Shown here: piece by piece, positions 27,042-36,800 of the stretch
How the letters are laid out: each line of letters opens with the position of its first letter
How positions within the stretch are numbered: the stretch's first letter is position 1
DNA from: a virus
Taxonomy: Duplodnaviria; Caudoviricetes
Virus record (IMG/VR): IMGVR_UViG_3300025133_000003
Span: 1-61,044 of that record
Strand: one strand, 5' to 3'
Length of the DNA: 61,044 nucleotides
Translations under genes and position numbers: made by a program
The notes under the pieces: model-generated
What the model was told of the DNA's origin: nothing
Seen by the model: the letters and a program-made list of their open reading frames with translations, nothing else
Databases searched by the model: none

Positions 27042-27539
27042 ATGCCGAATCTGATCCGAGATCGAGCCCAGAAGAAGCAGCCGGGTCTGTACGACTCGGA
27101 TTCGGAACGGTTCGACCGCTACGAACCGGAGTTCCGGCAGCGCCAGTCTGCGTTCCTCGACGCGGCCCGCCGTCCCCTGGAGCGCGCCGAGGGCGGTGCC
27201 CCGGCCATGGCCCAGGGCGGGCGGCTCCTCTCGGGAGCGGGGCTGCAGAACCGGACCCTTGGTCAGGCAGGTCTCGCGGGTCAGCTCTCATCCCTCGTGG
27301 GTCGGTTTGAGGGCCAGCGCATGACCGAAGAGGACCTGGCTCGGGCCAAGTTCATGCAGGAGCGGCAGGCTGCTCGGTTCGAGTACGAAAACGCGCTGCG
27401 CCAGAAGGACGCTGACGTTGCTCGCCTCCTAGGCATGGTGGGTTACAACCAGCTCAACATGGGTCTCGGCCTCGCTCGACAGACTCCCCCCTGGCGCAAG
27501 GGCGCGAACGTCGCCGCCGGCACTACGGAGGTCTTCTAG
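27042..27539 (+). CDS. Probable internal virion (ejection) protein
   Basis: Ala/Gln/Gly-rich helical protein after tail genes. Confidence 0.55.
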   Translation: MPNLIRDRAQKKQPGLYDSDSERFDRYEPEFRQRQSAFLDAARRPLERAEGGAPAMAQGGRLLSGAGLQNRTLGQAGLAGQLSSLVGRFEGQRMTEEDLARAKFMQERQAARFEYENALRQKDADVARLLGMVGYNQLNMGLGLARQTPPWRKGANVAAGTTEVF

Positions 27540-28397
27540 ATGCCCGATTCTGTCGGTTACGACCCCAAGAGCTACGACGTGGGCTCCTCCATTGGAGCTC
27601 AGCAGTGGAACACCTGGCGTGATGAGGGACTCTCCGATGAGGAGATCGACGCCCGCATCAACCAGCTGGCCGGCGACCGCGGCGTCGTGGCCGACGCCCA
27701 GGACTACTACGACTGGTTCATCAAGCCCCGTGAGCAGGCCCAGTTCGGTGCCCAGCGGTCCGGGATCCAGAACACCTTCGCCTCGAGCCGCGCCGCCGCT
27801 GGGATCCGCAACCGCCAGCAGCTCGCCAAGCTGGGCCTCGGCGGGAGTCGGTACGAGAACGCTCTGGGTAACGCCCTCACGGGGAGCTCAGCCAAGGCTC
27901 TCAGCGACGCCATCGCCCAGCGCAAGGCGGGCTTCCAGCAGGAGATCCAGAACCCTGCCCGTCTCGCTGCCCTCGACCGGATCTACGACACGGCCGGGTT
28001 TGAGATCGGCCGCCGGGGAACGGTCAACGAAAACGTCGGAACCGGTGTTGGCGGCGGGCTCAGCACGGCGGGCGGGGTCCTCGCCGCAATTCCCAGCCCC
28101 TACGGGATCACGCAGGTGATCGGCGGGGCCCTCGCCGGGGCCGGCGCGCTGACGGGTGCCTTGGCCCCGGCCAAGTCCCGTGAACAGACGGCAGCTCGCC
28201 AGCGTCAGATCCAGACAGGACGCGCCAACGTCAAGACCGACAACCTGGAGCTCGGCGGCTACGAGGGTACGACCCAGCAGGCGCTGACCGGTCAGAGCGG
28301 CGGCCTGAACTCTCCGCTGGCCCGCCTGCTCCGTGAGCAGGCCGAGGGCCAGGACGCCTACGGCCGCAACCGCAACTCCTCCTTCTATTACGGCTAG
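27540..28397 (+). CDS. Probable ejection protein with Gly-rich hydrophobic hairpin
   Basis: GLGGS and GGGLSTAGGVLAAIP..IGGALAGAG segments. Confidence 0.65.
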   Translation: MPDSVGYDPKSYDVGSSIGAQQWNTWRDEGLSDEEIDARINQLAGDRGVVADAQDYYDWFIKPREQAQFGAQRSGIQNTFASSRAAAGIRNRQQLAKLGLGGSRYENALGNALTGSSAKALSDAIAQRKAGFQQEIQNPARLAALDRIYDTAGFEIGRRGTVNENVGTGVGGGLSTAGGVLAAIPSPYGITQVIGGALAGAGALTGALAPAKSREQTAARQRQIQTGRANVKTDNLELGGYEGTTQQALTGQSGGLNSPLARLLREQAEGQDAYGRNRNSSFYYG

Positions 28398-28401
28398 CCC
28401 A

Positions 28402-30840
28402 ATGCCCGTCTACCTCCCCAGCGGCGCCAACTACACCCCCGCTCTCCAGGCCCAGGCCGAGGGTGGTGGGTTCCGAGGCATGGTCGAAGGCGTCCAGCTG
28501 GGCGACCAGCTGGTCAACAGCGCCCTGCTCCGCGAGCAGCGCATCCGCATGATGGAGGCCCAGGCTCGGGAGGAGCAGCGGCTTCTGGACGACCGCTCCG
28601 TAGAGGAAATGGTCGGACTGGGCAGCCCCGCTCCTGCTGACGGTGGGGGCGGTGGGTCCGCAGCAACCCGCGCCGCTGGCGGCAGCGCTGTCGGGGGTCC
28701 GGGACTGGGGATGGACCCGCGCGCTGCCCACGAGACGTCTCTGGGCGGGATGATGGACACCTGGGACCAGAACCGGTCGGATCGGGAGCGCATCCTCGAC
28801 TACGCCGACCAGTTCGAGATGGACCCGACCGCGCCAGCACCGGCCGGCCTGCGGGTGAGCCCCGAGCAGCAGGCCGCGATTGCGGCGTGGATGAAGCAGG
28901 AAGAGGAGAAGGCGCTCGGGCTGCAGATGCAGAACGAGATCGTCCAGGGCGTGCTGCAGGACCAGTACGTCGACAATGCCGACCCGACGACCGTCATGTC
29001 CGACCAGGACGCGATCCGCCACCGCGAGCTGATCGACGCCAACGAGGCCGAGCTTGGTCAGCGCGGACTGCAGAAGTCCCGCGCTGCGATGGGCGGTTTC
29101 CTTCAGGGTCAGGCCGACAAGATCGATGCCGGCCCCGGCGAGGGTCCTGAGCCCGAGGCGCGGGGGGCGCTCCCCTCCCAGTTCGCGGTGTGGCTTCGGG
29201 GTCAGCCCGGAACCACCGAAGAGAAGCAGCAGCGCTTCCTCGACTACAAGTCGTGGTGGGACCGTGCCGCCGGCCTCCAGGCCGAGGCCCGAGCCGGTGC
29301 CCAGGCTGAGGAGCTCGACATTCAGATCGAGGAGGCCGGCGAGACCATCGCGCTCCAGGCCCCCCGCCAGGACGGCCAGGAGTGGTCCCCGGAGCACAAG
29401 CGCATCCTCGGCCGCGTCGCCCTCACGCACGGCATGGACAAGGCCCAGCGAGTGGCCGACAACCTCGGCCAGACCCAGCGGACCCGCATCACGGACAAGG
29501 GTGCGACCAAGCGCTCCTGGATGCCCCATGGCGAGCGGCGCCGTCGCGAGCAGCTGCGCGAGGATGCACTGGTGGCCGCGGAGCTCGAGGGCAACGCGGA
29601 CATCGTGCGCGAGCGGCTGGATGAGGTGGACCAGATCACCGAGGACCTTCAGGCCCGCCGCGACGCCTTCGAGAAGGCCGGGGTTCCGTGGACCATGGAG
29701 TACGAGCAGCCGTACCTCGATCGCCGCAAGCAGGCCGAGGACGACGTGTCTGAGCTCATCCGACGGTCCGCCCTTGCCGAGGCCGGCGGGGCCCGCACCC
29801 GTGCCGCTGGTGTTGCGACCGATGAGTCCTCGTTCCGCAAGGCGATCGAGCCCCCGAAGCCCCCGCCTCCGAGCCGAACTGGATCCTGGACGCCGGAGCG
29901 CCTCAAGCTGGAGTACGACAAGCTGCAGTTCCGACAGGACCAGCTGGACACCCAGGAGGAGGGCAAGGACCGCCGCCTCGGCGCCAAGGAGGGCGGCAAG
30001 GACCGCCGCCTCGGCGCCAAGGAGGGCGGCAAGGACCGCCGCCTTGGGGTGACTGAACAGGGCAAGGGGGATCGCCAGGTCACTGGGATCCTGGCCGATG
30101 AGGCTCAGCTGCAGTTCAAGGAGGACCGAAAGGACGCCCGCCTGGATACGACGGAGGCCGGCAAGGACCGTCGTCAGGGTAAGGACCTTGAGGCACGCGA
30201 CCGACGTCAGCAGCTGACCGAGGAGGGCAAGGACAGTCGTCAGACCGCGCAGATCCTCCATGTCGAGGAGGTGTTCAAGGCCACCGAGGAGGGGCGGAAC
30301 CGCCGCGCCGAGCTCCGGGAGAGAGGCCTCGACGAGCGCCAGACCGCGGACATTCTCTCCGACGAGGCCCAGCTCCGGTACCGCGAGGATCGCCGCGACG
30401 CCCGCGATCAAGCCGCTCGCGACTGGGAGGCCGGTCGCACCGCGGCTGCTGGCGAGGCCCTGCGTCCCGTCATCGAGGTCGCCGTCGCCCGGGCCGGCTT
30501 TGAGGGCCGGGGCGCAGAGGACATCACCACGGCCGTGACCGAGCACTACAAGATGGGCGGCCGCGACCCGTCGCGCATTGTGGAGCTCTTTGAGGCCCCT
30601 GAGGAGGACCTCGAGGACCTCATCATGGCCAAGTACATGGGGGTCGACGTCGCGGAGCTTCGCGGCCGGTCGCAGGGGTCCCGCCAGCCGACTGGCGGCG
30701 GTCGCGGGGGCCGGACCCTGATGCCTGCGACGCGGGGGGAACTCAAGGCCGATGGGTGGGTTGACCAGGGTGGCGGCGTCTGGAAGAAGGCCGGCAAGAC
30801 GCCCCTGATCGAGGGCCGTCACATCACCGTGAGCGACTAG
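28402..30840 (+). CDS. Probable ejection protein with 11-aa repeats
   Basis: Long helical ORF preceding the giant protein. Confidence 0.7.
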   Translation: MPVYLPSGANYTPALQAQAEGGGFRGMVEGVQLGDQLVNSALLREQRIRMMEAQAREEQRLLDDRSVEEMVGLGSPAPADGGGGGSAATRAAGGSAVGGPGLGMDPRAAHETSLGGMMDTWDQNRSDRERILDYADQFEMDPTAPAPAGLRVSPEQQAAIAAWMKQEEEKALGLQMQNEIVQGVLQDQYVDNADPTTVMSDQDAIRHRELIDANEAELGQRGLQKSRAAMGGFLQGQADKIDAGPGEGPEPEARGALPSQFAVWLRGQPGTTEEKQQRFLDYKSWWDRAAGLQAEARAGAQAEELDIQIEEAGETIALQAPRQDGQEWSPEHKRILGRVALTHGMDKAQRVADNLGQTQRTRITDKGATKRSWMPHGERRRREQLREDALVAAELEGNADIVRERLDEVDQITEDLQARRDAFEKAGVPWTMEYEQPYLDRRKQAEDDVSELIRRSALAEAGGARTRAAGVATDESSFRKAIEPPKPPPPSRTGSWTPERLKLEYDKLQFRQDQLDTQEEGKDRRLGAKEGGKDRRLGAKEGGKDRRLGVTEQGKGDRQVTGILADEAQLQFKEDRKDARLDTTEAGKDRRQGKDLEARDRRQQLTEEGKDSRQTAQILHVEEVFKATEEGRNRRAELRERGLDERQTADILSDEAQLRYREDRRDARDQAARDWEAGRTAAAGEALRPVIEVAVARAGFEGRGAEDITTAVTEHYKMGGRDPSRIVELFEAPEEDLEDLIMAKYMGVDVAELRGRSQGSRQPTGGGRGGRTLMPATRGELKADGWVDQGGGVWKKAGKTPLIEGRHITVSD
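29962..30044 (+). repeat. 33-bp coding tandem repeat (GKDRRLGAKEG)
   Basis: About 2.5 exact copies, with degenerate copies downstream. Confidence 0.9.
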
Positions 30841-30844
30841 ATCC

Positions 30845-33800
30845 ATGTCCCGGTTCGACGAACTGGCAGACGAGATCGAGGAGGTTCCTGAGCCCGCTCC
30901 CGAGCCGTCCCGCTTCGACCAGCTTGCTGACGACGACGACTCGTCCGCGGAGTCGTCTCGCTTCGATCAGTTGGTCGACGACGAGCCCAGCCGCTTCGAC
31001 ACCCTTGCCGGTGAGCCCGAGGTCACGCCGGTTGAGCTGACGCCCGAAGAGCCGGAGCCGGAGCCGGAGTGGGAGCATTTCAATCCGCTCATCGCCGCCC
31101 ACACCAGCCACTACCAGGCCCTGGAGCGGATGGAGGCCAAAGACAACCGCACCGACTACGCCAAGTGGAAGGATGCGGTAACCGACGACATGGAGGACGC
31201 CCAGGCCCGGGACTGGGTGCGGGTCCACACGCTGACTGAGGGCCCCGGAAAGGGGATGCTCCTGGTCCGTGATCGGATCGCGATCCGGGACGAGTACATC
31301 GACAAGTACGGCGAGCTGCCGCCGTCGATGCTGGCCCAGCGCCCCCTGCGCCCCGGGGAGCAGCTCCCCCTGGCCAAGACCTTCGACCGCATCGAATTCG
31401 GCGCCACGATGATCGGGTTCGTGAACAAGCGGATGGCGACGGTTGCCCGCCCCATCGCGGCCATCGCCCACGCAACTGCGGACATTCGCTCCCTTGCCGA
31501 GGCGACGCCTCAGGAGCGCTACGCGTTCCTCGACGAGTTCACCGACCAGGACCCCCTCAAGGAGGAGTATCGCTACATCATCGAGCAGCTGAACACCGGG
31601 GTGCCCCGAGAGGAGATCGAGGGCTTCCTCGCGGTCACAGCCAAGTACTTCCTGCCCAACGAGGCCGACCCCTGGGCCGGCACCGGCCGTCCCGACTTCT
31701 ACGGCGACGCCCCCGACGACATCGGCACCGTGTTCCGCCGCGGTGTGGTCGAGCCGCTCATGGAGAAGGAGGCCCAGCTCCACGTCGACAGCCACATCAA
31801 GGGGGCCAAGCTCCTGAAGTTCCTGGCCCCGGACGGGATGCTCCCACAGGGGGTCATCGACCTGGCTGAGATCAGCCCCTCGGACCGCCAGAAGAAGATT
31901 GATGAGACCTGGGGTGGTGGTGAGTACCTCGATGCCCAGCGCGCCGAGGCCCGCCTGCTGACTTCCCAGATTGGTGAGGAGACGTTCAACCCGGCGACGG
32001 CCGAGGCGGCGATGAAGACGCCCGGGGTCATGTTCCGTACGGCCTGGAACGTGGTGGTCGGCAAGGAGGATCAGGGCCTCATCAAGAACCCGATCCCGGC
32101 CCTCAAGGAGGGCGGGGCCGAGCTCCGCGACCTGTGGGAGGGGGCGGCGCGCGAGCGGACCATGCTGCGGCCCACTCGGGTCGAGCGGGTCATGGTGGAG
32201 GGCTCCACGTCGGGGCGGACGCCGACCAACATCGCCCTGTACGGAGCTGACTACTACGGCGGCGGCGGCGGGGCGACGGTCAAGACGGCAGCTGGGGTGA
32301 TGACCGAGGACGGAGCGCGACGCTATACGACCCACCGCGGCGGCACGGTCAGCGACGCGCTCGAAGCTGTCGGCCTGATCCGGACTGCTGAGAAGGGCGA
32401 GGAGGGGGCTCATTGGACTCTCCGCATGCCCGAGGCCCCCGAGGAGCGCACCCACGTGCTCGAGCTGGCCCGGGAGCTGGAGATCGCCTTGGACTCCGCG
32501 ACGGCACGGGCTGGCACCCTGGCCGAGGAGTCGGGCAAGCGCGTCCACGACATCAACCTCCGTCGCCTCGTCAAGATCGACGACGAGGGCGATCTTGTGA
32601 TCGACACGTCCGATCAGGCGATCCGGCTCGCCACCATCCAGGCCCCTGCCAAGAAGCCCTGGCTGAGCAAGGACACCTCGGTCCATGCACCTACCAGCAC
32701 GCTGGGCAAGGCGGTGGAGTCGGCGGTCATGGCCGAGCTCCCCGGGGGAGGCCGGCTGCTCCCCAACTGGGCCATCGGACGCGTCGAGCGTCTGCGTCGA
32801 ACGGTCGGCAAGGGGCGTCCGTACGCGGTTTGGCACAAGAACGAGAAGGGCAAGGATGTCCTCAAGCCGCTGGATGCCGTCGACCTGATCGGCCGGCACG
32901 AGTGGGAGCACATGAAGTCGCTGCGGGACCGCTCCCGCTTCAGCGAGGAGGCGCTGCGAAGCCGCGTCTCGGCTGCGGTGAGCAACCTGATCCAGGGCAC
33001 CGACAGCAAGGCCCAGCGCGAGCTCGTGGCCGACCTTCTGGAGTCCATGGGGCGCAAGCGGCTGCCCAAGTCCGATCTGGCCATGGAGCTTCTCGACGAG
33101 CTGTCCAAGCGCATGGACAAGGCCGTCGAGTGGAAGCCGACCAAGACCAGGGTTGGCGCACGGGGCACCCTGCACGTGGCCCTCGCAGACTTCGACCAAC
33201 TGGTGGCCAAGGGAGCGTCCGAGGCCGATTTGATGGAGCAGCGCCGCAAGATCGCTGACGCTGCCGCCGAGCTCGGAGAGGCAGAAGGTGACCCCGCCCT
33301 GGCCCGGTTCTTCGACCGGGCCGACGACGTGTCCGACGCGGACTTGACTCACCATCGCGACTCGATCGAGGGCGGGGTCCGTCAGCTGTACGGCGAAGGC
33401 GTTGGTGATCTTGGTCGGGTTCCCACGGCCGATGATGCCGTTGCGCGACTTCGCGGCAACTTCGACGGTGACGACGCCCGCTTCGCGGCCAATCTTGAGC
33501 GGTCCCCTCGCAAGATGGAGCGGGAGGGGTTCAAGGCTGTCGAGGGGGGATACGCGCCCATCGACGACGCCTACGTCAAGAAGCTGCGCCGCGAACTGAA
33601 GGACCGCACCAAGCGTCTGAAGAAGTGGGAGCAGCAGGTCGCCAGTACCGGCCGGATCGAGGGCATCGACATCGGGCTCGCCGGCAGCCACAAGACCGTC
33701 CTCAAGGAGGAGCGGCGCACCGTTCAGTTGCGCCTCCCCAACCGGATCGAGGAGGCCAAGAAGTGGGCGCGCGACCACAAGCGCCTTCCGCCTGGGACTC

Positions 33801-36800
33801 CGAAGAAGTCCACCGCCCAGGCGTACATCGAGCTGTTGGACGCCCGCGCCCGCACCTGGGCTGCGGTGACCGGCGGCCGGGTCGATGAGTACTTCTGGAC
33901 GCGGTTCAGCAAGATCGCGGAGTTCGAGGCCTACGACCAGTTCGCGGACGAGGTGGGCCGCGAGACGATGGTCCTGTTCCACGAGGACCAGGTGGGACCG
34001 TGGCTCTACGGGAAGATGGCCGACATGGTTCGTGCCGAGTTCACGGGTGAGGGTCGACGGATGACCCTCACGGCCTGGCGGAACTGGCTGAGCCGCCGCG
34101 GGCTCCAGGTCGAAGGCACCCAGGTCGAAGACCTCCTGAATGCGTGGAGGCGCTCCGGCGTCCATCTTCGCCACAGCCTCGACGTTCTGCGCCGGAACGA
34201 GTCGGCCTTTCGTGCGGGAGACGAGGTTCTTCTCGAGGCCGACGACGAGTGGCTCCGCGAGAACGTCACGCGCCTGGGTTTCGCCGAGCAGGTCAGGTAC
34301 TTGGAGGAGTCCCTGGCTGCTCATAGACGCCCCAGCGATGTGATGCTCCTCGCTCATTTGGACGGGTTCGCCCGTCAGTTGGTGGAGGTCCCGCTCACCG
34401 GCTTTCGTCGCGTCCTTCCCGAAGCGATCCAGAACGCGCCGTTTGAATCGGGATCGCCGGCCCAGTGGCGGCAGTACCTCAAGAAGCAGCGTGGCGCCGG
34501 CCTCAAGCAGGAGGAGCTCGACACCTCGCTGATCGACAGCTACATCGGGAAGCTCTCGCCCGAGGACGCGGCGATGATGGGTCCCGTCAAGTGGACCAAG
34601 GACGATCTGCTGGAGCTGATCGAGCCGCCCGACACGGGCGAGATGATGCGTCGGTCGGACATGGCCCAGACGAATTGGGGCCGGGAGGACTACTTCGACG
34701 AGGTTCTCGAGCTCCCCGGCGGGACCAACTACCGAGAGCTGACCCTGTCCTACAAGGACAACTGGGGACAGCGCTTCGACGCGACGCACTACTGGCCGAA
34801 CCACCCCAACGTCGTGGTCAACATGCGCTTCAACGACCGCGTGATCGACGGCAAGCGGACCCTGTTCATCGAGGAGCTGCAGAGCGACTGGCACCAGGCT
34901 GGTCAGCGGCAGGGGTACCTCAAGCCTGGGGAGACCCAGGAGGGGCTGGAGGAGTGGCTGGCTGGACTGAAGGCCGGGAAGGCCGGGAAGGCCCCTTCTG
35001 ACCTGGCGCTCATGGAGCAGATCGCGGAGCAGGCGCTGGACGGCACCCCGCTGGCTGGCCGACCCGTGCCCGATGCGCCGTGGAAGGGGACGTGGCACCA
35101 GCTCGCGCTGAAGCGGATGGTTCGGCTCGCTGCGGAGGAGGGGTACGACCAGATCGCCTGGACCACGGGGAAGCAGCAGATCGATCGCTACCCCTGGGTG
35201 CAAGAAGGCGCGGGAGCTGCGGGCCTGCGTCAGCACTACGACAAGGTCCTGCCCGGTGCCGCCAAGAAGCTCTACAAGAAGTACGGGGCGACCCCGGCCC
35301 GAATCCAGGCGACAGCAGTTGAGGCGGCGACGGAGGTGCCCCAGCAGCTCCGGGCCCTGAAGCAGACCCTCTCGGCGCAGCCGGTCTGGAGCCAGGGCCA
35401 GCGATCTGATCTCCATCAGGTACTGCAGCTCATGGGGGACGAATATCGCCTCGCGAAAATGGCCCAAGAGACGGGGCTCGAGGGCGAGATCACCCTTGCC
35501 CTCCTCCTTGACGCCGCCCGACGGCGAGCCCCACGCGCCAGCGAAATGGTGATTGGCGAGATTCGGTCACGGGTCACCCGCCCCGACCGGCTCGCGGAGC
35601 TTGGCATCGAGGTGCCGATTGATGGGCATGCCATGCCCATCACGCCGGAGCTCCGCGCCGCCGTCATGGAGGGGCAGGCGCTGTTCCAGAAGGGTCCCAA
35701 GGGCGAGGCCCGTGGCGCTGTGGCCTTCGTGGCCGACCAGGACGGCAAGGCGGTCATCGCGGCGTTCAAGGGCTCCAAGGACGTCTCCACCCTGGCCCAC
35801 GAGCTGGGCCACGTCTTCCGCCGCGATCTCGGCGTCGGGGATCAGCGCCTTGCGGACAAGTGGGTCACGGACAAACTGGGCAAGAAGGCGATCGAGGACG
35901 GCAAGTGGAGCCGCGAGGCCGAGGAGATGTTTGCCGATGGCTTCGTGCGCTGGCTCCGCGAGGGCAAGGTCCCCATCGAGGGGTTGAAGGATCTGTTCAT
36001 CAACTTCGGGCACTGGCTCAAGAGCTTGTACTCAGCGGCCATGGTCCGCGGCCTCGCCGAGCCCAACAAGGACCTCGAGGAGGTCTTTGGCCGACTCTTC
36101 GACCCCGACCAGGCGTACGACCAGCTGCGGCCTCTGGCCGAGGGTGGGGCCCCTTTGAGCAAGGCGCAGGGCACCCGTGGGCTGCACCGGATGCAGCGCG
36201 CCAGCGGCGGCGGCATCAAGATGGAGAAGGTCCCGGGCAAGGCCGCCCCCAAGGGGGTTCCGCGCTTTCCCAACGGTGAGATCCCCGCTGCTGCCGCTGG
36301 ACGACCTCTTGACGCTTGGGCCAGCGATATCGCTGCCAAGGGGGTCCAGGGGAAGACCAACGCCGAGCTTCTCAAGTCCGACACCTACAACCCGCAGGCC
36401 GTGGGCGAGGCGCTGCAGGAGAGCTACCTCGAGCTGCTCGATCGTCAGGCCAGCAAGGCCCAGGAGGTCCGCAACGTCATCCGCGAGCTGACCTCCGACA
36501 TGGACGCCAACTTCCCTGGCGTTGGAGACCGCTACGAACTGGAGGCGCTGCGGAAGGTCGGCCAGGAGATCGACGACGTGCTGGCGCGGGTGGATGCGTT
36601 CAAGGCCGAGGACGAGCTTCTGGACGCCTACGCCGCCGCCTCGGTGTCCGACGTCCGTACGGCTGCGCGCGCTGTCGGCACGGACGCCAAGGTGCCCGAC
36701 GAGCTGCGCCCCATCGTGGACCAGGCCCGCCAGTTCTTTGACGGCATGTACGACGAGCTCAAGAAGTCCGGGGCCTTGCCCGACTGGTGGACCAAGGAGG

